Assembly (NCBI RefSeq): GCF_006345805.1
Contig: NC_042999.1
Location: forward strand, 116,932,001 to 116,996,000
DNA from: Octopus sinensis
Lineage: Eukaryota
Length of the DNA: 64,000 nucleotides
Reading direction: 5' to 3'
Made by a program: the position numbers and the translations under genes. Positions 11,841-24,787 of the stretch are shown piece by piece (position 1 is the stretch's first letter; every line of letters begins with the position of its first letter). The notes under the pieces are model-generated. The model searched no databases. It saw nothing but the letters and a program-made list of their open reading frames with translations, and was not told the DNA's origin.

Positions 11841-13271
11841 TTTCAAATTTTTGATAGAAGGCCAGCAATTTCAGGTGAGGACTTAAGTTGACTATATTCA
11901 CCCCAATGTTCAACTGGTACCTATTTTCTCAACCCAAAAAGGATGAAAGGCAAAGTTGACCTTGGAAGAATTTGAACTTAGAATGAAAAGATGGACGAAA
12001 TGCTTAGCATATTATAATATGCTTAGCATATTAAAAGTTTGGTTTCCTGAAAAAAGTACCACTTATAGTATGACCCCACTCAAACCCCATCTGCCCACCC
12101 ACATTTTTTTCTTAACTGAAAATTAATTTGCTTATAGAATTTTTCACATATTTTAATAGTATTTTTAGCATAGATTTTATTATATTTTTAAAGTAATTGA
12201 TACTCTTCGTTTTAAGTAATGATAAATTGCATTTATCTGTACTGCCAATTTGTCTCACCTTACCTTGCTATTTCCTTTTTGTTTTTTTCTTTCTTTCCCT
12301 TCCTCTTCAACCCCACTTTTCTTCTTCTCTTTTCATAATCAGTTATTTTATCACTAACCATACTGTTCACTATTCACTTTCACACCTTTCTAATAAATAA
12401 ATATATACCTCTCTTTTCTTTTCCTTTTTCCAATGTTTAACATCTTCTTTCTATTATCCATTTCCCTATCTATTTTCTTTCGCAGCAAGTTGGCCTTCCT
12501 TTTTTCTTATTAAACAAATTAACACTAAACTTTGTGTATTCAGTATCACACAGTGTTATATCCACATACTCCTTTTTCTTTTTTTATTTTTTCATTATCA
12601 TCTCTCTGTGTTTCCTTATCTATTATTTTCTCTTCTTTCTCTCTGCTTCTTCCTATCTACACCATGTTGTTTTTATCATTCTGTGCAGTTTATTTGCAGC
12701 TTTCGTATCTAAATATGCTTTCAGTTGTTAAATGTCGAAATTTTAGAATCTAAATGTTTACAAACCATGTTTTAACCAAATATTTATCATATATTTATTA
12801 CCAATACAAACATAGGGATTAAATAGAGTTCAATCATATCACAATACTGTAATGTGAAACCCTTAGTAACACCTAAAAAATGTTACAATTTCTATTATTA
12901 TTGTTGTCGTTGCTGCTACTATTGTTGTTGTTGTTTCGCAGATATGTTAGAATACCTGACAAAATTCCTTGAGTTATTTGTACAATACTTTTATATTCCG
13001 AATTAAAAATCCTACCATGGTCAACTTTGCTTTTCATCCTTTTGGGTTAATAAAACAACATATTATCAGGTGCTAAGATTATTGGAATTGGCTAACCCAC
13101 TTCCCTCAAAAATGCTTGCCTTGTACATAAATTAGAAGCAATTGTTGTTGCTGTTGTTATCCGTGATACTTTCACTCTGGCAGGTGTTATACCAACACTA
13201 TACCAAAAGAGGGAGCCATATCCAAGGGTCAAAGGTCCTTTGGGTCATTCCTTCTCTTTCAAGTTTCTGAC

Positions 13272-13484
13272 TTCTTTATTGCCCACAAGGGCTAAACATA
13301 GAGAGGACAAGCATATTAAGTCGATTACATCGACCCCAGTGCATAACTGGTACTTTATTTATCGACCCCGAAAGGATGAAAGGCAAAGTCAACCTCGGCG
13401 GAATTTGAACTCAGAAAATAACGGCAGATGAAATACCGCTAAGCATTTCGCCTGGCGCGCTACTGTTTCTGCCAGCTCACCACC
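13272..13484 (-). mobile_element. SINE family B, near full length
   Basis: Reverse complement of the family-B head, central domain and GGGCAATAAAGAA tail. Confidence 0.85.
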
Positions 13485-13646
13485 TTTTTTTTTTAAATTC
13501 AAAGGTAAACAATTCTCTTTCAAATTTCTAATACCTTCCTTAGAATCCTTACTGTTCCTAATAAGGCTTTTTTCTGCAACAGCCCCATTCTGATGATAAT
13601 TCTAAACTTCTCAAGCCATGCATCCAACCTTTTACTAACTGCTCTG

Positions 13647-13649
<3 letters not shown>

Positions 13650-13703
<54 letters not shown>

Positions 13704-14030
13704 CATTATTATTATCCTCTTCTTTCAATTTTGTTTCCATTTCTTGCCAAGTGTCTTCCTGACACCTAAGGCAAAGAAATTCACTGTATACATTGGTAGG
13801 CCATTAAAATAAACACACTAGATTGTTCATTTACAAAGTCATGTGGTAGAAAAAAAGGAGGAGGAGACAAAAAAGAATGAAAAAAAAAGAAGAAAAGAAT
13901 TGGCAAAAAAGAGAACAAAGAAAATAAGGGGGACAAAAAGGAAAGAAAATTCACAGTGACAATGCTCTTCTCAATACAGTTAAAACAAATCTTTTGCACT
14001 TCTTGCATGGATGGTAAGCCAGGGATCATC
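13650..14030 (-). mobile_element. 3' end of an R4/Dong-like LINE with (TAA)n tail
   Basis: Minus-strand IPGLPSMQEVQKI resembles the extreme C-terminus of R4/Dong ORFs; followed by a short UTR and a (TAA)n tract. Confidence 0.55.
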
Positions 14031-14059
14031 CTCTATTATCATCATCATCATCATCATCA

Positions 14060-14470
14060 TGGTAGTGAGCTGGCAGAATTGTCAGCAAACTGAATGAAAT
14101 GCTTAGTGGCTTTTCGTCCATGTTTACATTCTTAGGTCAAATTCTGCCAAGGTCAACTGTACCTTTCATCTTTTCAGGATTGATGAAATAAGTACCAGTT
14201 GAACACTGGGGTTGATGTAATCAACTAGCCCTTCCCCACAAAATTTCGGGTTGTATACATATAGAAAAAAAGGCATTATTATTATTATAAAGGCGGCAAG
14301 CTGGCAGACTCATTAGCATGTCTGGCAAAATGCTTAGCGGTATTTCGTCTGCTGTTATATTCTGAGTTCAAATTCCACAGAGGTCAACTTTACCTTTTAT
14401 CCTTTTGGGGTTAATAAATTAAGAACCAGTGAAACACTGGAGTCAATGTAATTGACTTATCTCCTCCCCT
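14060..14470 (+). mobile_element. Two tandem SINE family B copies
   Basis: Two heads (GGTAGTGAGCTGGCAG at ~14061, GGCGGCAAGCTGGCAG at ~14292), each followed by the central domain. Confidence 0.8.
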
Positions 14471-14477
14471 AGAATTA

Positions 14478-14536
<59 letters not shown>

Positions 14537-14772
14537 GTTGTTGTTGTTCACCACCCCTAGGTCAGTTATTAGGATGGGCATCCAGTCATAGAAACCATGC
14601 TAAAATGGACAATTGGAGCCTGGGCAACACTCTAGCTGTCCAGCTTCTGTCAAACCATCCAATCCATGCTACCATGGAAAACAATCATTAAATGATGATA
14701 TACATAGATGTGTGTGAATATATGTGTGTGTAAATCTATGTATATATATATAAAACATACATATATATATAA

Positions 14773-14831
<59 letters not shown>

Positions 14832-15310
14832 TATATATAGATGTATATAGAAAGGACTCGTCGTTGGACGACGAATGAGGTTTCGACAATTTCTAACTGG
14901 ACAACCACAAAGATGATTTGTTTATAGTGATCAAATGTTTGTATTGACATAAGCTCACTCCCTCCATGAAATCGACATTACCTGTGCAGGTGCAACTCAG
15001 CGCCACATGTTAAATGTCAAAATGATCACAGAACAATGTGAAACGAAGTGCTTTTCTCAAGAACACAACATAACGCTCGGTCTTGGTAATCGAACCCATG
15101 ATCACTAAGCCATGCGCTTTCATATATATATATATATATATATAGATATATAATTGTATATGGCTAAAATAACTTTTATTACAGAACAGACCTGCTCAGT
15201 CTGGACGGAGGAGGAGGAGGAGGAGAAGATAACATTGATGAAGAAGAAGCTTCAACTTCTCTAACAAATGTATATATAATTGTATATATGTATATATAAA
15301 AATGTATGTA

Positions 15311-16070
15311 TGGCACAGATGTGGCTGTGTGGTAAAAAGCTTGGTTCCCAACTCACATGGTTTTGCTTCAGTTCCAATTCATGGCACGTTGGCTATCTTC
15401 TACTTAAGAGTGGATTTCGTAGACAGAAACTAAGAGAAGCCCATCGTGTGTGTGTGTGTCTTTGTGTCTATGCTTGTTATTCCCCACCCCTGCCACGCTA
15501 CCACTTGACAACCAGTGTTGGTGTGTTTACTTCCTTGTAACTTAGCAGTTCAGCAAAAGAGGCCAATAGGATAAGTGCTGAGACTCCCTTTGGTCATGAA
15601 TGACCATGGGATTGCACCTAGAAAGTTACCCTCCCAGGCACAAGTCTGGGCAAGGTTGTTTATGGAAGACCAGCAGTCACCCATGCATACCAGCCTTCCC
15701 TCTCCACACCACCAGTGTTATCCAAGAGAAAGGCAAAGAGGCTGATACAGCTTGGCACCTGTGACATCGCAACTCATTTCTACAGCTGAGTGAACTGGAG
15801 CAACATGAAATAAAGTGTCTTGCTCAAGAACACAACACACAGCCTGAATTCGGACTGCCAACCTCACGATCGTAAGCTCAACGCTCTAACCACTAAGCCA
15901 TGCACCTCCACAATAGGATAAGTACTAAGCTCAAAAAAAAAAACATAAGTTCTGGGATAAGTACTAAACTCAAAAACATAAGTCCTGGAGTCAATTTGTT
16001 TGACTAAAACTCTTCGAGGTGGTGCTCCAGCATGGCCGCAGTCAAACAACTGAAACAAGCAAAAGAATAA
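15311..16070 (+). mobile_element. SINE family A split by a nested SINE
   Basis: Head at 15311; tail resumes after 15910 through GCTCCAGCATGGCCGCAGTCAAA. Confidence 0.75.
15584..15910 (-). mobile_element. tRNA-derived SINE family D with target-site duplication
   Basis: Minus head GGAGGTGCATGGCTTAGTGGTTAGAGCG; flanked by CAATAGGATAAGTGCTGAG (15565-15583) and CAATAGGATAAGTACTAAG (15911-15929). Confidence 0.8.
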
Positions 16071-17639
16071 AATAAAAAAATAAAAGAATATGCTCACACA
16101 CATACATACATGCATACATAAAATTATGTAACTAATGTGAACACTACATTATCATGATTAATCTACTAGTAATATTTATATATATGTTGTGTTGTTGGCA
16201 CTGATTGTCATTAATAAATGCATGTGTCCATCTAACAGCTGTGCCTATCATCAAATATGTATAATGCATGTAAGCATCAATGGACAGTGTGATGTTCTTG
16301 TTGAGTAGCCAAAATAATATGACACGGCATTATTTGAAGCTGTTATCTCCTACAGCCTGTATGAATTGCTGTCTTACCTCTATTATACACAGAAAAAGAC
16401 AAAAAAAAATAGTACCAGACTCTTTCAGTGCAATGAATTGAACAAGGGTGCGTCTAGCAGGGCAAGCAATCCGTGACCTGCTAGAAACAGTAGCTAAGTT
16501 TCTCTTGGGTCATACTTTACTATCTGTAGCATATTTGATAACGTAGTCTAAGAGATGCAGTATGTTTCCAGAAATGAGGGAGAGAGAGGGGGGGAAGATG
16601 GGGCTAAAACAACTTTGATCACAGAACAAACCTGGTCAGTTTGAACAGAGGTTGAGGAATGGATGAAGGATGGAGGGAAGGAGGAGGGGAGGAGAGGAAG
16701 AGGAGGAGGAGGAGGAGGAAACATTGACAAAGAAGAAGCTTCAACTTCTCTAACAAATGAAGAAATCTCTATGGCTTCTTGACCTGCCTAGAAATAGGAA
16801 TCAAATCTTCAAATTACACATTCTACCAGCTTGAGAGAAAAAAATGTGGTTGGTACATTGGACCACATAGTTCTGTAAAAATAAAAAGAAAAACAGAGGA
16901 GAGGGTTGTGGTTGGAATTTCTGTTGAGCAACAAGTTATCTCTTATAAGTAATCAAAAATTAACAACAAAAAACAACAGCAAAAATTCCTCCAACCCAAT
17001 CTATTTACCAGTATTGTTTCTGAGTGTGTATGTGTGTGTGAGTGTGTGTGTGTGTTTTCTGAAAGTAATCTTTGAATGAAGGCATTGATAACTAGGTCAA
17101 TAAAATGCTGTATAATTAACAAATAAGTCACGAGTTTGCATATTGTTAGCTCAGCTGTTCTGTTTGCAGAAATAGGCAAGCATTGTTGACATGCTCTTTG
17201 AGGATCAACTGTAAGTATTTTACAAAACGTTTGGCCTCACAGCTGAGCTCTGAATGAGAAGTTCTATAATTGAATACATTCCAGTCTTGACTATCTCATC
17301 CTTTTAGAGGTATGAAGGATTATCCAATAATGTTGTTTCTGTTTTGAAGCAGTAGAAGTGCAATTTGTGGAGGTGTGTGGCTTAGTCGTTATGGTGCCAG
17401 ACTCTTGATTGTAAGACTGTGGTTTAAATTCCTGGACCAGGTGATGTGTTATTTTCTTGAGCAAAGCGCTTCATTTCATGTTGCTCCATTCCACTCGGCT
17501 GACAAAAATAAATAATCCTGTGACCGCCCAGTGTGGGGAGTTGATATGACATGGAAACCAGAAAGCTGGCCCTTATGAGTTGGCATAACTCGAGATGGTA
17601 ACTAGAGAACTAAAAAGGAAGTGTAATTTTAGGGAATTA

Positions 17640-17897
17640 TGGCATGAAGGTGGCATGTAAAAAACACCATTTGAGCGTGGCCATTGCCAGTACCACCTGA
17701 TTGGCCCTCGTGCCGGTGGCACATAAAAGCACCCACTACACTCTCAGAGTGGTTGGCATTAGGAAGGGCATCGAGCTGTAGAAACTCTGCCAGATCGGAT
17801 TGGAGCCTGGTGCAGCCATCTGGTTCGCCAGTCCTCAGTCAAATCGTCCAACCCTTGCTAGCATAGAAAGCAGACATTAAACGATGATGATGATGAT
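17640..17897 (+). mobile_element. RTE-type LINE 3' UTR fragment with (GAT)n tail
   Basis: GGTTGGCATTAGGAAGGGCATC...GCATAGAAAGCAGACATTAAACGATGATGAT; the same tail is attached to RTE coding remnants at 52540-53455. Confidence 0.75.
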
Positions 17898-18327
17898 ATG
17901 CTATTTTTTTCATAAGGTTGGGCAACCATGTACTGTCTCTTTTGTTGGCTCATGTATTTAGGCAGTTAATCTAATTCCATATTTCTCACTTTATCTAGCT
18001 ATCAGGAATAGGTACCATATAATCTAAGCACATCGTATGCAATGCATTAGCATTCTAAAAGGAGCATTTATTTTTCACCTATTTAATCTCTTGGACCCAG
18101 AACTAATTTCCAACCATTAATGACCTTTGTAAGCTTAGAAGACACAAATTATATTTGGGTATGCCATATCCATTTTCAAAACACTTCACTCTAAAATGAA
18201 ACAGACCTTGTAGCATTATCTGTATATATCATGAAAAGTAACCAACAACTTACCACTATAAACAGTAGTAACACTGTAAAATTGATAAATATTTCAGTAG
18301 CTTGCAAAGCAGATTTCAAAATCTCTC

Positions 18328-18558
18328 TCAACCCTTTTGTTACCATATTTATGCTGAAATACCCTGCCTGTCTTTCAATTAATCTTGAAAATAATGAAGA
18401 ATTTAGTAAGATAACTTTGTTGCTATTAAGTTGGTATCTAGACCACAAATTAACATGAAAATTTTGACAGAAAATTTTAATTTAGATCACTTTAACACAG
18501 GGAATTTGTATCATAGAACTGTAGGTGGTTTCAGGCAGGTTGGTATTAAAAGGGTTAA
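18328..18558. mobile_element. TTAA-type MITE
   Basis: TCAACCCTTTTGTTACCA ... TGGTATTAAAAGGGTTAA inverted termini. Confidence 0.65.
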
Positions 18559-19468
18559 GTAAAGTTTGGAGAGGTATGGGCTCTTTCAACTTAAGAATAT
18601 TATTTCTTAGATTTTTTTCTTTACCAGTTCACCATTTCAATTTTGCATGTACACATAAGAAAAAGTAGTCATATATACAACACAATTTATTGCATGATAG
18701 CTTTATATTAATTTGATATTAACATCCTTAAAATAAACATTAAGGAAAATAAATTCTGCTAACACAAAGCAAACATTGATAACGAATTGTTCAACCTAAA
18801 AACAGATTTCTTTCTGAAATCTCCAAATTACCCCTGGAATTTTGAAATTTTGCCCCCAAGTTAATAATTACCACTTTAGAGATACTATGTGAAGACAATG
18901 TATATGGCATGCTAACAACAGAGCTTCTAGCAACAAAGAAGTTTTTCTCAACTGCTAGAAATAGCTGAGGCATATCTTTGAAATCATTCCTTATCACCTT
19001 AAAAAGGGAAAAGACATCGGCTCATACAGACTAAATTAAACTATTCCTAAAGAAATTACTGGAAGCTCAGGGCTTGAATGTTTGTTTATTAATTAATTTA
19101 TTTATTTATTTATTTAACATTGATGACTTACTTTGGACAAATGTGGATTTAAACCACAACTATAGCATAATTTGTGGTGTTACAGTGGCTTACAGTGTTA
19201 AGGAACTCACCAGTTTCCAGTAAAGAGGTAGTAGCTATACCCTTTATGCTATACCTGGAATGTGTGGAATGGTGAGAGGAAGTTAAATAATGCAGACACA
19301 GTAAGTTTTCAAAAGAGCATAGTCTTCTGTACTAATGCTGCATAACATTGATAGACAGACAGATAGACAAACAAACTGACGGAGAGATATGTTTGTGAAT
19401 AAACATTGTATGGAATGATAACAAGAAATAAATACTAGAGAGAGATGCATGAGAAAAAGAAATTTTAA

Positions 19469-19508
<40 letters not shown>

Positions 19509-20440
19509 TCATTGTTTTGCATCTGCTTTCCATGCTGGCATGGAATTAGTTTGCCAGTTGAACTTAGCACTTAGACTTTTATATATAGGCCTAAATTAAG
19601 TGATAGCATAATTAGTGTATAGTTAAGTGCTAGCATAATTAATGAGACAAAGATGTTCTAATTAATTGAAATTACACCCATGATAAAAAGAAAGGGTCAT
19701 TAGCTTACTCGTTGTCATTCAGAGTGTCACTCTGAATATTTTTCCTTATCTTTTATTTCAATGTAATTACACCTTTTACTCCCCAGCTACATCATCAACA
19801 TTGTATTTTTTTATAATTGATCATCTCCTCTGCCTTTCTTAACTGGAATTGATTATTAAGTTAATGATTCTTTTCCTCACCAAGTGTCTAATTTTAATAA
19901 ATTATAATTTTTTAGTTTGCTTGTATAACTTCAGAAAATATATGAAATATAAATGTTCAATAACATCATGTAGTCATGGACAAAAAATTAATTAATTAAT
20001 TAATTAACTATGAAAAATCACCTGGAGCATTCCCATGAAAGGAATTGGACTTAGTTGGGATAATTGCATAAAAAATAAAACTTCCTGTTGCTTGAATTGA
20101 TGGAATTATTTGAGATGTAAATTCTTAAATTTGTATTAACTATTGATTTATTAAATGTCTAAATGTATGAAATAGATTAATATTTACTCAGTTATAATTT
20201 TCCAAGACTATTAACCGCATTTTTAGAGATGGAAAATATTGTAATATTTACATCTGTGATATATTTTGATCAGTTTAATTTCTGGTCATTATTTGATTTC
20301 TTATTCTTGAACATTTTTATAGTACAGTACCAGATTGGATTCATTTAAAAAAAAAAAAGAAAAGAATATAGTATTAGCTAACTGTGGAAGTAAATACATT
20401 ATGTCAAAACAAATAAAAAAATATATGAAAAAGTAAATAG

Positions 20441-20581
20441 TATGGCTGTGTTGTAAGAACCACATGGTTCCAGATTCAGTCCCACTGTGTGGCACCTTGG
20501 GCAAGTGTCTTCTACTATAGCCTTGGGCCAACCAAAGCCTCGTGAGTGGATTTAGTAGAAGAAAACTGAAAGAAGTCCATC

Positions 20582-20637
<56 letters not shown>

Positions 20638-20669
20638 TGTGTGTGTATGTATGTATATATGAATGTATG

Positions 20670-20706
<37 letters not shown>

Positions 20707-20910
20707 GTGTCTGTCTTTGTCCCCTCCATCACTGCTTGACAATCAGTGTTGGTATGTTTATGTCCCTGTAACTTAGTGATTCAACAAAATAAGTACTAGG
20801 ATCAAAAAAATGAGTCCTGGGATCGATTTGCTCGACTAAAATCCTTCAAGGCAGTACTCCGGCATGGCCACAGTCAAATGACTGAAACAAGTAAAAGTAA
20901 AAGAAAAGAA
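20441..20910 (+). mobile_element. SINE family A, full length with internal (TG)n/(TA)n
   Basis: Complete head, CORE-like segment, microsatellite and tail ending GAAACAAGTAAAAG. Confidence 0.85.
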
Positions 20911-20961
20911 TAAACACCTGAGATTATAGTGGCTGAAATATCTTTCACTATAGGTATATTT

Positions 20962-21216
20962 TAGTGGTTTTCAACCATTTTTTGCCCAAAGACCTTTTGA
21001 TTCCTATTTTACTTGACTTAACCTCTTTAACCATTTGCTGTATATTAAAAAAATCTTACTGTATTTTTTATAATTAAATATTATTAGAAATTGTATTTAA
21101 AAAATTTTAATATTTCAAGTATTGTAGAAGTGTAACCAATTTATTGAAGATAAATTTTAACAACAAAATCTTATATCGACCCCCAAGGACTATGTGGACC
21201 CTGGTTGAGAATCATG
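20962..21216. mobile_element. hAT (Charlie-like) MITE
   Basis: TAGTGGTTTTCAACC ... GGTTGAGAATCA termini; same family as 24788-25183. Confidence 0.6.
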
Positions 21217-22145
21217 TGTTTAGATGATCTGGGTTGGCTTGGGGCTAATCAACAACAAGAAGGAAATCTTATTTAATGATCCAACACAGAAGCCTCTACA
21301 CTAGAGATGGCCAATCTGCAACCCAGGGGACTCTCTGAATGGTGTGTCAAACAAAAATATTACCTTGAATTTTTTCTTTTTTTTTTTTTTGCAGTGTGGC
21401 CTGCCTAATGATGAGTTTTGTCTCATGCAGCCCACTTCTTGGAAAAGATTGCCCATGCTCTATGCTGTCGTTAGTTCAGCTTGAAGTAGTAACCAAATAT
21501 TCCTTTGATCATAGATCTGCTGAATCTGATCTAACCCAGGGTTAAACAACAACAGTACATGATAAACAGAATTATTTAACTGTCATTTGCAGTAGTATGG
21601 TACATACAATGAAATACCATTTTACAAAAGCTTTAATGCTAAAAATAGAATATAAAAATAGACACCACAAATGATGGAGATGAATAATTGAAAAAAAGAA
21701 AAGCAAAAACACAAACAGAAATCAGAATTAAGTGTTTTTAATCTCATTAATTTTCTGTTCGCTCTTCAGAACGTGTTGCTGTACATTTCTGTGATACATC
21801 TGTTATTATACATACATACATATATATATTATATATATGTAGGGGGGGTTCGTGCATGTGTGTGTGTGTATGTATGTATCTTTTATGTTTTATTTGTTTC
21901 AGTTATTTGATTGCAGCCGTGCTGGGGTACTGCCTTGAAGAGTTTAGTCAAAACAAACCAACCCCAGCACATCTTTTTTAAAGTCTGGTACTTATTTTCT
22001 CAGTCTATTTTGCTGAAGTGTAAAGTTACAGTTACAGAGATGTAAACAAACCAATACTGGTTGTCAAGTGGTAATGGTGGTGGCAGTGGGACAAACACGA
22101 ATATGTGTGTGTGTATATATGTATGTATGTATGAATGTATATATA

Positions 22146-22540
22146 CAGAGTACAATGGGTAAATTGTCACCATATTATATTGTTAATTTCATGCATGTAC
22201 ATTGTTTGTTTCTGATTTTGTCAACTACACAATATAGAAGCCTTAGTTGGGCATCTTCCATGAGAAAAACAGCACCATGATGCAATTCATTCCACCAGAA
22301 ATTTGGAAACGACATACTGTACATCTCAAAGTGTTCGGGTGTCAATCTGAGGACAGTGCACAGGATTCAGAAAGAGTTGAATGAGTCTAATGGTGATTAC
22401 AAAAGTATGGTAGCTCAGAAAACTCACAATGATCATTCTAGGAAAAGGATTCTTGAATTTGTTGGTGAGATCCAGGCCATGATTGACAACAATTCCTCCA
22501 AGTCAATCAGGTCCATTACCAGAGATGAGAGTGTCTGAGT
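22146..22540 (+). mobile_element. 5' part of the Tc1/mariner family seen at 10955
   Basis: CAGAGTACAATGGGTAAATTGTC TIR and GAGAAAAACAGCACCATGATGCAATTCA shared with the 10955 element; truncated by an RTE fragment. Confidence 0.75.
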
Positions 22541-23463
22541 TACTACCAAGTTACTGTTGATTCGGGTAGCCGGTCCTCAACTGGGTTAACATTCGACAGA
22601 CTCTCCTCCTCCAATTCATTCTCCACATTCAACAGTCTTTTATAATGGCATTTCCAAGCCTCTATCTTTGCAGAATCCTTAAATGCAAGTGCACCATCAT
22701 CCATGTGGGCACATTTCTCTCCCATGTCATCGCACTTTTCTCTCACACCCTGTCTTGCAATCCGAAATACTTCAGCTGTTTGGTCCTCACTATGCTGAAC
22801 ATAGGCAAACTTCTTCTTTTCTACTTCTCCCTTATGCCTGTCTCCTAGCTTTCCTTCTAGCTATCTGATACAGTTCCCTGCTGCCCCCACTCTTCCAGGC
22901 CTTTCAGGCCTGTTTCTTTGCTCAAGTAGCCCTGTCTATTGTATTGTTCCACCACCACGTTACCCTGGCTCTGGAAGGGGCTTTGCACCAGCCACAGATT
23001 TGGTCTTTGGCACTCAGTAAGTTGTCTTGCAGGAATTCCTAGTTGCCCTCTAAGTCACAAGTTTGTAGCTCCTCCTCCTTCTCAAATTTCTCAATTAGGA
23101 TGTCCCTAAATATTTGACCATATGAAGCGTCCTTAAGCTTCCAAATCTTTCTTTTCCAGATTGATCTGCTCCTTGGCATCCTTGTGACCTGGAGTCTAAA
23201 TTTGCTAATGACTAGTCTATGCTGGGATGTACATTCTTCACCAGGAAGGGTCTTTGTATTTAAGAGTAACCATGCATCACCCTGTCTAGTGAGAATGAAA
23301 TTGATCTGGCTAGCAGTCACCTGATTTATAGATTATCAGGTGGCTGGCCTGCTTCCTGAAGTTGGTGTTGCAGATCGATAGGTTATTTGCATCACAGAAC
23401 TCCAGTAGCTTTATTTACATTATTTACAATTGACGGATATTTGTCCTCATCTTGTTTGTTGTT

Positions 23464-23509
23464 AACACAATGTTTCAGCTGATATACCCTCCAGCCTTCA
23501 TCAGGTGTC
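23464..23509 (-). ncRNA. Minimal type I hammerhead ribozyme motif (family A)
   Basis: GACAC-CTGATGA-A-GGCTG..CAGCT-GAAAC-ATT-GTGTT on the minus strand; stem III altered (CGT>CAT inferred). Confidence 0.7.
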
Positions 23510-23597
23510 TTGGAGAAATTTCGAACCTGGGTTCTCATTCCTAAGGTATTTTTTGATATTGTTGTTGTTGTTTGTTGTTGTTGTTGTTGTTGTTCTT

Positions 23598-23628
<31 letters not shown>

Positions 23629-23692
23629 TTATTATTATTATTATTATTATTATCATTATTATTATTATTATTATTATTGTTATTGTTATTAT

Positions 23693-23764
23693 TCAGGTCA
23701 CTGCCTGGAATCGAACTCAGAATCTTGGGGTTAGTAGCCTGTGCTCTAAATCACTATGCCATAT
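23693..23764 (-). promoter_or_regulatory. tRNA-derived Pol III promoter (A and B boxes)
   Basis: Minus strand TGGCATAGTGATTTAGAGC (box A-like) ... GAGTTCGATTCC (box B); no intact acceptor stem, so not called a tRNA gene. Confidence 0.75.
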
Positions 23765-23833
23765 AACAACAACAACAACAACATCATCAAAAAATACCTT
23801 AGGAATGAGAACCCAGGTTCGAAATTTCCCCAA

Positions 23834-23879
23834 GACACCTGATGAAGGCTGGAGTGTATATCAGCCGAAACATAGTGTT
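23834..23879 (+). ncRNA. Minimal type I hammerhead ribozyme motif (family A, inverted copy)
   Basis: GACAC-CTGATGA(23839-45)-A-GGCTG...CAGCC-GAAAC(23867-71)-ATA-GTGTT; stems I and II pair. Confidence 0.75.
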
Positions 23880-24381
23880 AACAACAAACAAGATGAGGAC
23901 AAATAACTGTCAATGTAAATAATGTAAATAATGTACATAATTCCTCATCTCTTAAATATAGAACTCCAGTAACCTTGTTCCTTCTTCATTTCAGGAGCCA
24001 ATTCCATGATCCCCCATGTCCACCATGGAAGATACCAGGCTGCCATCTGACATGCCTATTGAAATCCCCAGCCATGGAGATTCCAATGGGCATGTCGGAC
24101 AGCAGCCTGGTATCTTATATATATATGTATGTAATGTATGTATGTAATGTATGTATGTATGTATGTATGTATGTATGTGTATGTATGTATGTATGTATGT
24201 ATGTATGTATGTGTGTATGTATGCATGCTTCTATACGACTGAAATCTGAATCATTGCTGACACGGGATGAATAGCTAACATCTGAATGACTAATGTCATT
24301 AATGGTATGAATACATGAGTATAGTCACATATAATAAATACTCTGCTACTTTGATTATTATATGTTATTGTCATTGTTGTT

Positions 24382-24416
<35 letters not shown>

Positions 24417-24787
24417 CATCATCATTATTATTATTATTTATATATTTATTTATTTACTTTACACAATTTAATCAGAGTAGAAAGGTCAGAGGACATGACT
24501 TTTTTTTATCAAGGCCTCCAAGGCTAGTGAAAAGAAATTACCGTCAGACCAGAAACCAAATCTAAATACTTAGAACAGAGTGAACTGTACTAAAGACTCT
24601 CTACTAAAGAGCTAGGTAGTTGCATTAAACCTCATAATGAATTAGGTTTATTGCCCAATAATAGGAACTATCCTGTCAACAGTCTTCCACATAGTTTTCG
24701 TCAACTAAAAATTTTGCCCACAAGGCTTACAAACCAGAAACCACATAATAACAGTGAAATTCTTAACCGCAAAACCATGCCTTAGAT

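Larger units (their letters stand above)
23408..23959 (-). mobile_element. Non-coding element: tRNA-like promoter + microsatellites + hammerhead-bearing repeat, with an inverted upstream copy
   Basis: Inverted arms 23411-23558 and 23786-23935; 12-bp flanking duplication AGAACTCCAGTA (23396-23407, 23960-23971). Confidence 0.85.
22541..24112 (-). mobile_element. Decayed RTE-clade LINE fragment (APE C-terminus and linker), split by an insertion at 23408-23959
   Basis: SQINFILT, TKTLPGEECTSQHRLVI, KIWKLKD, WWWNN and EAWKCHYKRLLNVEN remnants; sequence resumes after the duplicated AGAACTCCAGTA. Confidence 0.8.

Noticed and set aside
14865-14920. Hairpin TCGTCGTTGGACGACGA beside a minus-strand CGAAAC
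   Set aside because: No CUGANGA box; appears to be the tail stem-loop of the adjacent SINE.
17170-17210. Candidate 41-bp plus-strand exon (TTTGCAG...GTAAGT)
   Set aside because: Good splice signals but no partner exons or recognisable peptide; cannot be supported without RNA data.
23693-23764. Functional tRNA gene
   Set aside because: A/B boxes are present but acceptor and anticodon stems do not pair; treated as a SINE-type head. The same holds for all SINE heads here.
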